A stretch of DNA of 64,000 nucleotides from Phycisphaerae bacterium (GCA_035545015.1 DASZZD010000013.1:78134-142133); one strand, 5' to 3'; shown: positions 28,848 to 40,922, numbered from the stretch's first letter. The notes: a model not told the origin generated them from the sequence alone. Made by a program: numbers and translations.

Positions 28848-31358
28848 ATGACCACCGCAGCCGACACTGACGCACACGCCCCGTTGGAGGCCGGCGCTTC
28901 CGCGCCCGCCGCCCGGCGCGCGCCCGCGGCGGGGGCGAATCCGTGGCGGCGTCTCTGGCAGATACCGCTGCTGCTGGCCGGCCTCACGCTGTTCGCCTAT
29001 GGCGTGCGGACGCTGGCGCGGACGATCAAGCCGGTCCCATTTGAAGCGCACGTCACGGACATCCAGAACATGCTGGCGGCCGGGCGGTACAACGACGCCG
29101 TGGCGCGGATCAACATTCTGGCGGACCATTTTCACGAGCGCTCGCAGCAGGCCACGCTGGAGGTGCTTGCGGGCGACACGCTGTACCTGGCGCAGCAGAA
29201 GCAGGCGGCGCCGGTGCGTTCGAATTTCGAGGGCATCATCCGGCATTATCAGCGTGCGACGACGCTGGGCTTTGCGCCTACGCCGACGTTCAACGAGCGC
29301 TGGGGGGAAGCGTCGCTGGCGCTCGGGGATGCCCCGACGGCCATCCAGAAATTTGAAGCCGCCGCCGCGGTGAATCCGGCGATCCTCCAGGCGCACGTGC
29401 ACGAGCTGGTTGACGCCTATACCGGCGCTGGCAACATGGCCAAGGCCGCCGCGGTCGTCGATCGCCTGCTTGCGCAGCCCGATCTGCCGATCGACGATCG
29501 GGCGTGGGGCCTGTGCGAGAAAATCCGCATGGCGCTTCAGCAGGATGTGTCGGGCGGTGCGCCCTCCGGCGAGCTCACTGCCGCGGTCAATGCTGCCGAG
29601 GCTGCCGTTCCGAAGATCGCTGAGCGCGATCCGGCGGGGCGCGTTCTGGTGTGGATCGGCCGGGCCCGCTACGAACAAGGTCAGTTGGATGCCGCCGCCG
29701 CCGCCCTGACAGACGCCCGCTCGCGCTTCATCGTGCATCATCTTGATGACGGTCGCGCGGAGTTGCTCCTGGCCAAAATCGCCCAGGCGGAGTTTGCCAA
29801 GACGGGCGATGCCGCGCAGCTCAAAACCGCCCAGGATCTCTTCCAGGAAGTTGTCACCCGCCACGCCGGCACGCCGATTTTCGCCGCAGCGCTTCTCGGT
29901 CGGGCCGAAGTCGCCGCCGCGCAACCGGGGAAGGTCACCGTGGACAAGGAGCGTCTCGAAGCCGATTACCGCTTCGCGATCAAAGCGGTCACGCCGGCCG
30001 CGGATGCCGCCCCCTCCGCCACGCTTGATCCGCCGGCGGAATTCATCACGCATGAGAGTGTGCGCAGCAGCCTGATCGCGGCCCACGAGCACGCCTTCCT
30101 CGCCGGCCGCCTCGATGACGCGCTGATGTATCTCTCGCTGGCGCGCGAGCTCGGCGATCCGGAATCCGCCGATGATGCCTTGCGCTGGGCGATCACGCAC
30201 GAACGCCGCGCCGACGAAATGCTGGCCGGAATCCCCGAAGGTCACGAGCGCGCCCCCGCGCTTGCGATGCTCGGGCAGGCTGCCGAGGATTACCTCCGCC
30301 ATTCGCGTCTCACCACGATGCAGGACGATGTCTCCGGGAACAGCCTCTGGAAGGCCGCCGCGCTCTTCGACGCCGCCGGCCAAACCCTGCGTTCCGCCGG
30401 CATCTACGAGGAATTCACGGCCCAGCGCCCCGCCGACCCGCGCGTTCCCGAGGCGCTTCTCGACACCGGCCGTCTTTACCAATCCGTGGGCCAGATCGAC
30501 AAGGCCATCCCGGTCTACCAGCGCAACATCCGCGAAAATCCCCGCACGCCCGCCGCCTACACCTCCGCGGTGAATCTCGCCCGCTGCTATATGACCCTTG
30601 GCCCGCAGGATTTCGACAAGGCCGAGGCGGCGCTGCTGTCGCTCGTGCAGGACAACCGCGACCTGCTGCCGACGGCCAACGAATTCCGCATCAGCATCTT
30701 CACGCTTGGCGAGTTGTATTACCGAAACCAGCGCTGGGCTGACGCGATTCTGCGTCTGGAGGAGGCCCGTACGCGCTATCCCGATGATCCCGCCGTGCCG
30801 CACGCCACCTTCATGCTGGCCGAAAGCTATCGCCACAGCGCCCAGGAAATCGGGGCCGCGCTCAAGAATAACCCCGGCGCCGATGACCGCGCCGCCATGG
30901 AGGCCGCGCGCAGCGATCGCTATGCCCGGGCCTCGGATCTGTTTGGCTCCGTCATCAGCGCCCTCGATTCCGCACCCGAGCAACCGGCTGCGGCGACCAC
31001 AGCGACCACTGGCCCTGCCGCTTCGACTTCCCATCTATCCCCTGTGGATGCCGAATACCTGCGAACCGCCTATCTCGATCGTGCCAGTTGCGCCTACGAA
31101 ACCCAGCGCTATACCGATGCGATTCACCTGTACGACGGGGTGGCTTCGCGCTTCCCCGATGAGCTGATCGCCGTCGACGCCTACATCCAGATCGTCAACA
31201 CCTATCTGGCGCTCCAGCAGCCCGCCGAGGCCGCCGCCGCCGCCGAGCGCGCCCGCTGGGTGCTCAAGCGCATCCCCGACGATGCTTTTCCCAAGACCCC
31301 GATCGCGCTCACGCGCGCGTATTACGAAAACTTTCTCAAGATCGGCAGCCAGCCCTGA
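28848..31358 (+). CDS. TPR-repeat protein with an N-terminal TM segment
   Basis: 836 aa. Hydrophobic segment WQIPLLLAGLTLFAYGV, then many TPR-like helical repeats. Confidence 0.6.
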   Translation: MTTAADTDAHAPLEAGASAPAARRAPAAGANPWRRLWQIPLLLAGLTLFAYGVRTLARTIKPVPFEAHVTDIQNMLAAGRYNDAVARINILADHFHERSQQATLEVLAGDTLYLAQQKQAAPVRSNFEGIIRHYQRATTLGFAPTPTFNERWGEASLALGDAPTAIQKFEAAAAVNPAILQAHVHELVDAYTGAGNMAKAAAVVDRLLAQPDLPIDDRAWGLCEKIRMALQQDVSGGAPSGELTAAVNAAEAAVPKIAERDPAGRVLVWIGRARYEQGQLDAAAAALTDARSRFIVHHLDDGRAELLLAKIAQAEFAKTGDAAQLKTAQDLFQEVVTRHAGTPIFAAALLGRAEVAAAQPGKVTVDKERLEADYRFAIKAVTPAADAAPSATLDPPAEFITHESVRSSLIAAHEHAFLAGRLDDALMYLSLARELGDPESADDALRWAITHERRADEMLAGIPEGHERAPALAMLGQAAEDYLRHSRLTTMQDDVSGNSLWKAAALFDAAGQTLRSAGIYEEFTAQRPADPRVPEALLDTGRLYQSVGQIDKAIPVYQRNIRENPRTPAAYTSAVNLARCYMTLGPQDFDKAEAALLSLVQDNRDLLPTANEFRISIFTLGELYYRNQRWADAILRLEEARTRYPDDPAVPHATFMLAESYRHSAQEIGAALKNNPGADDRAAMEAARSDRYARASDLFGSVISALDSAPEQPAAATTATTGPAASTSHLSPVDAEYLRTAYLDRASCAYETQRYTDAIHLYDGVASRFPDELIAVDAYIQIVNTYLALQQPAEAAAAAERARWVLKRIPDDAFPKTPIALTRAYYENFLKIGSQP

Positions 31359-31378
31359 GTGTTTTTCGCGAGGACGTT

Positions 31379-31858
31379 ATGACTCAATTGTTCCCGCCAC
31401 CAAACAGCCCGTTCGCCGGCCCGCTCGGGCAGACCAGCCTCGCGGCCACGCTGGCCCGCGCCCTCTCCGGCCAGAAGGCCATCTACGCCCAGATCCTCGC
31501 GCTGTGCAAACAGCAATCGCAGTACGTCGCGACCGGCGAAACCGAGCACTTGATGACCATCCTCGCCGCACGCAACCGCCTGATCGAGCAGGTGGGCCCG
31601 CTCGATCGCGAGCTCCAGCCTTACAAGGGACGCTGGCAGCAGGTGCTCGATGGCCTGCCGGCGCGGGAGCGTGAAACCGTGGGCGGTTTACTGAAGGAAG
31701 TGCAGACGCTGTTGGCCCAAATCCTCGCCGCCGATGAGGCCGACAAGGAATCGCTGACGCGCCAGAAGAGTTACATCGGCACGGAAATTTCCCGCACCGT
31801 GAGCGGCGCCACGCTCAATCGCGCTTATGGTATCAACGCCCGGGTGGCCCGCGGATGA
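31379..31858 (+). CDS. FlgN-like flagellar export chaperone (putative)
   Basis: 160-aa helical protein directly upstream of the HK/sigma-54 activator and flgB. The FlgN family call is tentative. Confidence 0.35.
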   Translation: MTQLFPPPNSPFAGPLGQTSLAATLARALSGQKAIYAQILALCKQQSQYVATGETEHLMTILAARNRLIEQVGPLDRELQPYKGRWQQVLDGLPARERETVGGLLKEVQTLLAQILAADEADKESLTRQKSYIGTEISRTVSGATLNRAYGINARVARG

Positions 31859-32745
31859 CCGACACCGTGACAACCTCCACCCTCGACGATGGCCCGCAAA
31901 CCCCCGGCGGCGCTCCCCCTCGCACGCTCGAGGACCTGCACGAAATCCTCAAGATGTACAACGAGGTTACGCAGCGTTTGCAAGTCAGCCATGAGCGCCT
32001 GCAGCAGGAAGTCGTGCGGCTCACCGAGCAGCTCGAACAGAAAAACCGCGAGCTGGAACTGAAAAAACGCCTCGCCGCCCTCGGTGAGATGGCGGCCGGC
32101 ATCGCGCATGAAATCCGCAATCCGCTGGGCGGGATCGGGCTTTACGCCTCCACCCTCGCGGCCGAAGTTGCCGACCGTCCCCTCGCCGCCGAGCTCGTCC
32201 GCAAAATTTCCTCCGGCGTCAAAGGCCTCAACGCGCTCGTCTCCGACATGCTCACTTTCACCCGCGATCTGCACCTCGACGCGCAGCCGCAGGAGCTCGA
32301 ATCCATCGTCCTCGAGGCTTTGGAACTCGCCGCCCCCAGCCTCCTCGCTCAGGACATCACCGCACGCGTTCATGGTTCCGTGAAAGGCAAAACGGTCCGC
32401 GCCGACCGACGCTTGCTGTCTCGCGTGCTGCTCAACCTCGTGCTCAACGGCGCGGAAGCCATCACCGAGGCGAATATCACCGGCGGCCGCATCGAAATCC
32501 GGGCCTGCCGCAACGGCGACAAAAACGAAATCACCGTCGAAGATAACGGCCCCGGCATCCCCCAAGACCTCGTCGAAAAAATCTTTGATCCCTTCTTCAC
32601 CACCAAGCACACCGGCACAGGCCTGGGGCTGGCTATCGTCCACCGCATCATCGAAGCCCACGGCGGCCAAATCACTGCCCATAACCGCAAATCCCCGGAC
32701 CGCGGCGCACGCATCCGCATCGTGCTTCCGCATGTGAACACCTGA
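31855..32745 (+). CDS. cytoplasmic sensor histidine kinase (FlrB/FleS/FlgS-like)
   Basis: HisKA H-box [12 protein letters not shown] and HATPase_c motifs GTGLGLAIV. No TM segments. ATGA overlap with the upstream gene. Confidence 0.8.
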   Translation: MTDTVTTSTLDDGPQTPGGAPPRTLEDLHEILKMYNEVTQRLQVSHERLQQEVVRLTEQLEQKNRELELKKRLAALGEMAAGIAHEIRNPLGGIGLYASTLAAEVADRPLAAELVRKISSGVKGLNALVSDMLTFTRDLHLDAQPQELESIVLEALELAAPSLLAQDITARVHGSVKGKTVRADRRLLSRVLLNLVLNGAEAITEANITGGRIEIRACRNGDKNEITVEDNGPGIPQDLVEKIFDPFFTTKHTGTGLGLAIVHRIIEAHGGQITAHNRKSPDRGARIRIVLPHVNT

Positions 32746-32823
32746 ATCCGCAGAGAGAGAATCTCTGTGACAAACTTTTCGCACGACCTTCAAACGAACC
32801 AGGAACTTGAGGAGTAGCTAAGG

Positions 32824-34254
<1,431 letters not shown>

Positions 34255-34366
34255 TCGCGCAGCCTCCCCGGGGGCGCAGCGCTCTTCCTGCGCCCGACGC
34301 GCAACACCTGCGCGTCCTCCCACTGCCTCCTTCAAGATTCCCCGAGGATTCCAACACCGGCCCCCG

Positions 34367-34383
34367 CGGTACACAGCTTGCAA
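34367..34383 (+). promoter_or_regulatory. candidate sigma-54 promoter upstream of flgB
   Basis: cGGTACAcagcTTGCAa against TGGCACGnnnnTTGCW: GG and TTGCA with canonical spacing, 2 mismatches. About 30 nt upstream of the flgB start. Confidence 0.4.
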
Positions 34384-34412
34384 TAGCATCCGCACCCAGC
34401 AAGGATTCGCCT

Positions 34413-34844
34413 GTGATCGATGATCTCATTTCAACCCCCACCACCCGCGTGCTCGAAGGCGCCGTCAACTTCACCGAGCAGCGCCACCAGGTCCTGTTGG
34501 AAAATATCGCCAATCTCGATGTCCCCGGCTACATCCAGAAAGACCTCAACGTCGGCGATTTCCAATCCTCCCTCCGCAACGCCCTCGACCGCGAACGGGC
34601 CTCCGTCGGCACCGACGTCAACCCCGCCTCCACCGAGACCATCGATTTCTCCCAGGGCGCCAGCAATCCCATCGGCATCCCTCAACAGGTGATCGCCAGC
34701 CCCGTGTTCCACGACAAGGGCGCCCGCTCCATCGATTCGCTCATGAGCAACCTCGCCGACAACGCCCTCGCCCACAACACCGCCGTCCAACTCCTGAAGT
34801 ACAGCTACGACAGGATCAGCCGCGCGATTTCCATGAAGGTGTAA
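34413..34844 (+). CDS. flgB: flagellar basal-body rod protein FlgB
   Basis: GTG start. ENIANLDVPGY and a C-terminal rod motif. Confidence 0.85.
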   Translation: MIDDLISTPTTRVLEGAVNFTEQRHQVLLENIANLDVPGYIQKDLNVGDFQSSLRNALDRERASVGTDVNPASTETIDFSQGASNPIGIPQQVIASPVFHDKGARSIDSLMSNLADNALAHNTAVQLLKYSYDRISRAISMKV

Positions 34845-34867
34845 CTCCGGTTTTTTCCTGGATACTT

Positions 34868-34900
34868 TTCATGCTTTTCGTGTTTTTCGTGGCCATTTAA
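34868..34900 (+). repeat. Type-A repeat, partial copy (2x TTCGTG + GGCCATTTAA) between flgB and flgC
   Basis: gcttttcgtgtttttcgtggccatttaagg. Confidence 0.7.
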
Positions 34901-34909
34901 GGTTCTCGC

Positions 34910-35314
34910 ATGTTCGGTTCCTTCGATATCTCCTCCAGTGCCCTGAGCGCCGAGCGCATCCGCCTCGACACCATCGCCTCCAACCTCGCGAATGTCGACA
35001 CCGTCCTGGGACCCAACCATCAGCCCCAGCCTTATCGCCGCCTTTTCGCGACGTTTCAGACCCAGCGCACCCCCGATGGCGGCGTCGGCGTCGGCGTCGC
35101 CTCCATCGAGCAGGACACGCAAACCCCCTTCCGCATGAAGCTCGAGCCCGGCAGTCCCGCCGCGGACGCCAACGGCTGGGTCCGTTATCCCAACGTCGAT
35201 CTTTCCACCGAATACGTCAACGCCCTGGAGACGACCCGGGCGTATGAAGCCAACATTACCGCGATCGAAACCACCAAGTCGATGATCAACTCGGCGCTTC
35301 GCATCCTGGCCTGA
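34910..35314 (+). CDS. flgC: flagellar basal-body rod protein FlgC
   Basis: FDISSSALSAERIRLDTIASNLANVDT...YVNALETTRAYEAN. Confidence 0.9.
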   Translation: MFGSFDISSSALSAERIRLDTIASNLANVDTVLGPNHQPQPYRRLFATFQTQRTPDGGVGVGVASIEQDTQTPFRMKLEPGSPAADANGWVRYPNVDLSTEYVNALETTRAYEANITAIETTKSMINSALRILA

Positions 35315-35365
35315 ACGATCCGTCACCCGCAACCGCCGGCAGCGCCGGCCTGAGAGGACCTTCCC

Positions 35366-35680
35366 GTGGACGCCCTCAACTCCCTCAACAATCTCTCCGT
35401 CGGCGGCGCCAATGTCTCGGCCGGTTCCGCGGCCTCATCCCCTGCCGCCGGCACGCCGAGCACCAGTTTCAAAGACGTGCTGATGAAAAACCTCAGCGAG
35501 GTCAACGATCTTCAGCAGGATGCCGACAAAAAAATAGAAGACTTCGTCACCGGCCGCTCGCAGAACATGGGCGAAATCATCTCCGCCAGCCAGAAAGCGA
35601 CGATGGCCTTCAACATGCTTACGCAAATCCGCAACAAGCTTCAGGACGCCTACGACGAAGTGAAGAACCTGCGCGTCTGA
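35366..35680 (+). CDS. fliE: flagellar hook-basal body protein FliE
   Basis: GTG start with a gagagga RBS. FKDVLMKNLSEVNDLQQDAD...MAFNMLTQIRNKL. Confidence 0.8.
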   Translation: MDALNSLNNLSVGGANVSAGSAASSPAAGTPSTSFKDVLMKNLSEVNDLQQDADKKIEDFVTGRSQNMGEIISASQKATMAFNMLTQIRNKLQDAYDEVKNLRV

Positions 35681-35861
35681 TCCCCCACTCCCCCATCGAG
35701 GGCAAACAGGCAATACCTGCGCGTCCGCCCGCTCTTTCGGCAAGCTTTGCCGCGCTCATCCATTTTCTCCTGTTGAACTTCCCGCCTTTCTACCGATGAC
35801 ATCCATACGACTGCGGAGCGGTCGCACCACGGGACACGTCTTCTCGGTCCTGACCTGAGGC

Positions 35862-37565
35862 ATGGATGCCATGGCGTTTCTGCGCAGAACCCTCGAACAG
35901 CTCAAAACCCAGCTCGCCGGGCTGTCGGTCAGCAACAAGCTGCTCATCGGCCTGTGCCTGCTCATCATGGTCGCGGTCGCGTTCTTCACCGTCGCCAACT
36001 CCTCCAAGCCCGCCATGGTCGTGCTCATCGACCAGCCCATGACCCCCCAGGAAATCAACAAAGTCGAAATGCAACTCACGGGCAAGCACACCTACAAGGT
36101 CGACGGCGACAAAATTCTCGTGCCCGCCGAAGACGCCTACGCCATCCGCGGCGAGCTCTTCGCCGCCCAGGCCCTCCCCTCCGACACCACGATGGCCTTC
36201 GAGGAACTGGTCAAGGCCAACAACCTCTTCACCACCGAGCACAACGCCGCGCGCCAGTGGAACGTCGCCACCCAGGAAACCCTCTCGCGCATGCTCAAGT
36301 ATTTTCCCTACATCGAATCCGGGACGGTGATCGTCGTGCCCGGTGAACGCGCCGGCATTGGCCAGTCGATGGCCCCGTCGACCGCGAGCGTCACCGTCAA
36401 GGTCCGCAACAACGAAGCCCTTTCGAGCCGCCAGGTCGACGCCATCGTCTCGATGGTCGCCGGCTCCGTCTCGGGCCTCAAGCGCCAGAACGTCAACGTC
36501 GTCGATGGCCAGCGTTCGTACCACGTGCAGGACGACGGCGTCGCCATGCCCACGGAACTGCTCGAACTCAAAAAGGCCATCGAAGACACGCTCACGCAGA
36601 AGCTCTACACCATGTTCAGCGAAGTCCCCAACGTCAAAATCGCCGTCAACGCCGTCCCCGACATGCGCTCCCGCACTCAGGACTCCCAAACCTACGATCC
36701 CAAGGGCGTTGTCCACGCGGACATTTCCGAAACGCGCCACACCACCAATACGTCCGACGGCACCGCGCAAAAATCCGAGCCCGGCGTCCGCCCCAACGTC
36801 GGCCTCGTCGCCGATTCCTCCAACGGCAACCACAGCAGCTCTTCCACCAGCAACGACACCTCCACCAGCAGCGAAGCCCGCTTCTCCAAAGTCGACGAGC
36901 ACACGCAGTTCACCCCCGGCGCCGACCTCAAGGAGCTCACCGCCTCCATCTCCCTGCCCCGCTCCTATTTCGTCTCGCTCTATCGCCGCATGACCAAGGA
37001 CCCGAAGGCCGATCCCGAGGACGACAAGCTCAAGCCCGTGATCGACGAGCAGCTCAAAGCCTTCGCCCTTCGCGCCAAGAACGCCATCGGCGCCCAGTCC
37101 GATGACCAGATCCGCGTCGATTGGTTCGATGACACGCTCGCCCCGCCCCCGCCCGATGTCGTCGTCGCAGGCACGGGCCTCTCCGCGGGAACCGTCGGCG
37201 GGCTGGTCTCGCAATACGCCCGGCAGGGAATCCTCGCCGTGCTCGCCCTTGGCGCCCTGGGCATGATGCTGATGATGGTCAAGCGCGCCGTCCCCGCCGC
37301 CGCGGGCGAAGACCTCGATCCGTCCGTCCTTTTCGGCGGCGCGGGCGCCGGGGGCAAAAAGCGCGGCGCTTCCGCGGGCCAGTTCGACACCGACGACGAT
37401 GTCTTCGGCGAAGCCAACTCCGGCGAGGCCGTCCTCACCGGCATCGAACTCGACGACGACACCCTCGCCAGCCGCAAGATGGTCGATGAAGTCTCCACCA
37501 TGATCAAAGAAAACCCGGAAAACGCCGCCGCCCTGGTAAAGCGCTGGATCGCCAAAGGCAAGTAA
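35862..37565 (+). CDS. fliF: flagellar M-ring protein FliF
   Basis: 567 aa. N-terminal TM segment, YscJ/FliF family body and a C-terminal TM region. Confidence 0.9.
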   Translation: MDAMAFLRRTLEQLKTQLAGLSVSNKLLIGLCLLIMVAVAFFTVANSSKPAMVVLIDQPMTPQEINKVEMQLTGKHTYKVDGDKILVPAEDAYAIRGELFAAQALPSDTTMAFEELVKANNLFTTEHNAARQWNVATQETLSRMLKYFPYIESGTVIVVPGERAGIGQSMAPSTASVTVKVRNNEALSSRQVDAIVSMVAGSVSGLKRQNVNVVDGQRSYHVQDDGVAMPTELLELKKAIEDTLTQKLYTMFSEVPNVKIAVNAVPDMRSRTQDSQTYDPKGVVHADISETRHTTNTSDGTAQKSEPGVRPNVGLVADSSNGNHSSSSTSNDTSTSSEARFSKVDEHTQFTPGADLKELTASISLPRSYFVSLYRRMTKDPKADPEDDKLKPVIDEQLKAFALRAKNAIGAQSDDQIRVDWFDDTLAPPPPDVVVAGTGLSAGTVGGLVSQYARQGILAVLALGALGMMLMMVKRAVPAAAGEDLDPSVLFGGAGAGGKKRGASAGQFDTDDDVFGEANSGEAVLTGIELDDDTLASRKMVDEVSTMIKENPENAAALVKRWIAKGK

Positions 37566-37580
37566 AAAACAGCAGCGTTC

Positions 37581-37620
37581 TTTCGTGTCCTTCGTGCCTT
37601 TCGTGGCCAATTTACGTCGT
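37581..37620 (+). repeat. Type-A repeat, partial copy (3x TTCGTGNNN + GGCCAATTTACGTCGT) between fliF and fliG
   Basis: tttcgtgtccttcgtgcctttcgtggccaatttacgtcgt. Confidence 0.8.
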
Positions 37621-37637
37621 AAGAAGCCAGAGTTCGC

Positions 37638-38654
37638 ATGCCCGAAACCGCCGCCGAAATCTCCGGTCTCAAAAAGTCCGCCATTCTCGTGCTGACGCTC
37701 GAGCAGTCGATCGCTTCGGAGATCCTCAAGCATCTCGACGAAAGCCAGATCGAAGAGCTGTCGCGCGAAATCGCTTCCATGGGCCCCGTTCCCCAGGCCC
37801 TGCGCGATGAAGTCGTCAACGAGTTCTACCAGCTCGCGCTCGCCCGCTCCTATGCCGATGAAGGCGGCTGGGATTTCGCCAAGGCCCTGCTCGCCAAGAG
37901 CCTGCCCGAGGACAAGGCCAAAAAAATCATCGATCAGGTCAACCAGACCATTCAATCCGCGCCCTTTTCCTTCCTGCAGAAAGCCGAAAGCGAAAACCTT
38001 CTCACCTTCATCCAAGATGAGCACCCCCAGACCATCGCCCTGATCCTCGCGCACTTGAAGCCCACGCAGGCCTCCGAAATTCTCGTCGGCCTGGCCGCGC
38101 AAAAGCAGGTCGAGGTCGTCAAACGCATCGCCAACATGGAGCAGACCAACCCCGAGGTCATCAAGGAAGTCGAGCGCGGACTCGAACACCGCTTGTCCGC
38201 CATGATCACCCAGACCTTCGAAAAAGCCGGCGGCGTCGATACCGTCGCCGAGATGCTCAACCTCGCCGACCGCGCCACCGAGAAGACCATCATGGAAGGC
38301 CTCGAAGCGGAAGACCCCGACCTCGTCGAGCAGATCCGCCGCCTGATGTTCGTCTTCGAGGACATCATGATGGTCAACGACAAGGGCATTCAGTCGATGC
38401 TCAAGGAAGTCGACAACGAAGACCTCTCGCTGGCCCTCAAGACCGCCTCGCAGGAGCTCAAGGACAAGATCTTCAAGAACATGTCCGAACGCGCCGCGCA
38501 GCTTATCAAGGAAGACATGGAATACATGGGCCCGGTGCGCGTCAGCGATGTCGAAGGCGCCCAGCAGAAAATCGTCGACGTCGTCCGGCGCCTCGAAGAA
38601 TCCGGTGAAATCATCATCTCCGGCCGGGGCGGCGAAAAAGACCTCATCGTGTGA
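37638..38654 (+). CDS. fliG: flagellar motor switch protein FliG
   Basis: 338 aa with FliG-type EHPQTIALILAHL and MFVFEDI motifs. Confidence 0.9.
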   Translation: MPETAAEISGLKKSAILVLTLEQSIASEILKHLDESQIEELSREIASMGPVPQALRDEVVNEFYQLALARSYADEGGWDFAKALLAKSLPEDKAKKIIDQVNQTIQSAPFSFLQKAESENLLTFIQDEHPQTIALILAHLKPTQASEILVGLAAQKQVEVVKRIANMEQTNPEVIKEVERGLEHRLSAMITQTFEKAGGVDTVAEMLNLADRATEKTIMEGLEAEDPDLVEQIRRLMFVFEDIMMVNDKGIQSMLKEVDNEDLSLALKTASQELKDKIFKNMSERAAQLIKEDMEYMGPVRVSDVEGAQQKIVDVVRRLEESGEIIISGRGGEKDLIV

Positions 38655-38683
38655 TCCCCGCGAGCTTTCACGCTGCGACTTCA

Positions 38684-38715
38684 CGACTTGACGATTTAAC
38701 GACTTGACGATTTGA
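38684..38715 (+). repeat. Type-B tandem repeat, 2x 16 bp (ACGACTTGACGATTTR), between fliG and fliH
   Basis: acgacttgacgatttaacgacttgacgatttg. It overlaps the ORF-caller TTG start at 38712, which argues for the ATG at 38736 as the real fliH start. Confidence 0.8.
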
Positions 38716-38735
38716 CCCCCAACGCCGGACCTCCC

Positions 38736-39434
38736 ATGCCCCTGCTCAAAGCCCACTCCGCCCCGCGCCTCCGCGAGTCCTCCATCGTGATGGACCTTTC
38801 CGATCTGGAGCGCGAAGCCACGCAGATCGTTAAAAGCGCCAAGGCGCAGGCCGACGAAATGCTCGCCGCCGCCCGCGCCGCCGCCCAGCGTGAAGCCGCC
38901 GCCATCCGCGAACAGGCCCGCGCCCAGGGCCACGCCGAAGGACTTGTCAAAGGCCTCGAAGAAGGCCGGAAATCCGGCCACGACGCCGCCGTCGCCGAAA
39001 CCTCCGCCCTCGTCAAGGACCTCACCGCCCGCTGGTCGCAGTCGCTGGAAATCATCCACCAGCACATGCCCGCCCACGCCGCCGACGCCAAGTCCGATCT
39101 CCTCCGCCTGGCGCTTGCCATCGCCGCGCGCGTGACGCATCAGGAAGCGCTCCGCAACAAAAAAGTCGCCGAAGCCGTCGCCGCCGACGCCCTCGCCCTC
39201 GCCGCCACCGCCCGCCGGATCACGCTCCTGGCCAACCCCGCCGAAGCCGATCTCCTCAACGCCTACCTCCCCGAACTGGTCGCCAAACTCCGCACTATCG
39301 ATTCCGTCCAGCTCCTCCCCGACCCCTCCATCACCCCCGGCGGCGTCATCGCCCAATTCGGCGCCGGCGAAATCGACGCGCGCCTGGAAACCCAACTCCA
39401 ACGCATCACCGACGAACTCCTCGCCGCCGAATAG
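38736..39434 (+). CDS. fliH: flagellar assembly protein FliH
   Basis: Position between fliG and fliI. Charged coiled-coil N-terminus (EAAAIREQARAQGHAEG) and a FliH-like C-terminus. The start is uncertain (38712 TTG or 38736 ATG). Confidence 0.7.
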   Translation: MPLLKAHSAPRLRESSIVMDLSDLEREATQIVKSAKAQADEMLAAARAAAQREAAAIREQARAQGHAEGLVKGLEEGRKSGHDAAVAETSALVKDLTARWSQSLEIIHQHMPAHAADAKSDLLRLALAIAARVTHQEALRNKKVAEAVAADALALAATARRITLLANPAEADLLNAYLPELVAKLRTIDSVQLLPDPSITPGGVIAQFGAGEIDARLETQLQRITDELLAAE

Positions 39435-39491
39435 ACATCGTTTAGCCCCGGCCCTTGGGCCGGGCTTCATACGTGAAAAGCCGCAGCCATC

Positions 39492-40880
39492 ATGACCCTA
39501 TTGCAAACCTACATCGACCAGCTCCACACCCTCGAACCCAAATCGGTCCGCGGTCAGGTCGAGTCCGTCCGCGGCCTCACCGTCCGCGTCGCCGACCTCG
39601 CCGCCCCCGTCGACTCCGCCGTCGAAATCACCAGCGAGCGCGGCGAAAAAATCCCCGGACAGGTCGTCGGCTTCGAAAACCAGTTCGCCATGGTCATGCC
39701 CCTCGGACCCCTCCAGGGCATCGCCCGAGGCAACACCGTCCGCACCACCTCCACCTCGCAGCGCATCATCTGCTCCCCGCTCCTCGTCGGCCGCGTCATC
39801 GACGCCCTCGGCCGCCCCATCGATGGCAAAGGCCCCATCAAGCTCCCCGAGCATCGCCCCGTCAACGTGCGCGCCATCGACTGCATGCGCCGCGTCCCGA
39901 TCCACCAGCCCATTTCCACCGGCATCCGCTCCATCGACGGACTCCTCACCTGCGGCCTCGGCCAACGCATGGGCATCTTCGCCGGTCCCGGCGTCGGCAA
40001 GTCCACCCTCATGTCCATGATCTCCAAAAACACCTCCGCCGATATCTCTGTCATCGCCCTGATTGGTGAGCGTGGCCGCGAAGTTCAGGACTTCCTCCAG
40101 CATTCCCTCGGCGAAGAAGGCCTCCGCCGCGCCATCGTCGTCGTCTCCACGGCCGACGATCCGCCCATCCTCCGCGTCCGCGCCGCCCGCGCCGCCTGCA
40201 CCATCGCCGAATATTTCCGCGATGGCGCCGGCGGGGCCGCCGGTGGTAAGGGCCTCAACGTCCTGCTCCTCCTCGATTCCCTCACCCGCATGGCCCAGGC
40301 CCAGCGCCAGATCGGCCTCTCCGTCGGCGAACCCCCCGCCACCAAGGGCTACACCCCCTCCGTCTTCGCGCTGCTTCCCGAAATCCTCGAACGCGCCGGC
40401 AAAACCGACACCGGCTCCATCACCGGCTTCTACACCATCCTCGTCGAAGGCGACGACTTCAACGAACCCATCGCCGACGCCGTCAAAGGCATCACCGACG
40501 GCCACCTCTGGCTCGACCGCCACCTCGCCAACAAAGGCCACTTCCCCGCCGTCGGCGTCCTCCAATCCATCTCCCGCGTTCGCACCGATGTCACCGACAA
40601 AGACCACCAGGCCATGGCCCGCCGCATCAACCAGCTCCTGGCCACCTACGCCGACATCGAAGACCTCGTCAACATCGGCGCGTACACCCCCGGCTCCAAC
40701 CCCGCCAACGATCTCGCCGTGCGCAGCTACGCCCGCATCCTCGATTTCCTCCAGCAAGCCACCGACGCTCCCAGCGGCTTCGACCAGACCCGCGTCCACC
40801 TCACCAATCTCTGCGCCACGATCGAAAAAGACGCCAAACTCCTCGAACAAGGAAAACCCCCCGCGCAACGAAAAACCTAA
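39492..40880 (+). CDS. fliI: flagellum-specific ATPase FliI
   Basis: Walker A GPGVGKST. Homology to the F1/T3SS ATPase family. Confidence 0.95.
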   Translation: MTLLQTYIDQLHTLEPKSVRGQVESVRGLTVRVADLAAPVDSAVEITSERGEKIPGQVVGFENQFAMVMPLGPLQGIARGNTVRTTSTSQRIICSPLLVGRVIDALGRPIDGKGPIKLPEHRPVNVRAIDCMRRVPIHQPISTGIRSIDGLLTCGLGQRMGIFAGPGVGKSTLMSMISKNTSADISVIALIGERGREVQDFLQHSLGEEGLRRAIVVVSTADDPPILRVRAARAACTIAEYFRDGAGGAAGGKGLNVLLLLDSLTRMAQAQRQIGLSVGEPPATKGYTPSVFALLPEILERAGKTDTGSITGFYTILVEGDDFNEPIADAVKGITDGHLWLDRHLANKGHFPAVGVLQSISRVRTDVTDKDHQAMARRINQLLATYADIEDLVNIGAYTPGSNPANDLAVRSYARILDFLQQATDAPSGFDQTRVHLTNLCATIEKDAKLLEQGKPPAQRKT

Positions 40881-40894
40881 CCCCGCTTCCCCTC

Positions 40895-40915
40895 CTGACT
40901 ACTGACTTCTGACTT
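40895..40915 (+). repeat. Type-C tandem heptamer (CTGACTN x3) immediately 5' of the fliJ start; the leader lacks an SD
   Basis: ctgactactgacttctgacttctcccttATG. Confidence 0.8.
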
Positions 40916-40922
40916 CTCCCTT

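Noticed and set aside
28590-31034. 814-aa minus-strand ORF, Gly/Arg-rich
   Set aside because: Antisense to the TPR protein gene at 28848-31358.
37600-37616. Sigma-54 or sigma-28 promoter inside the type-A repeat terminus (TGGCCAATTTACGTCG)
   Set aside because: It does not fit the GG-N10-GC spacing of sigma-54 or the TAAA-N15-GCCGATAA pattern of sigma-28.
35790-40868. 1226-aa and 456-aa minus-strand ORFs spanning fliF through fliI
   Set aside because: Gly/Asp/Val low-complexity antisense frames. The plus-strand products have clear flagellar homology.
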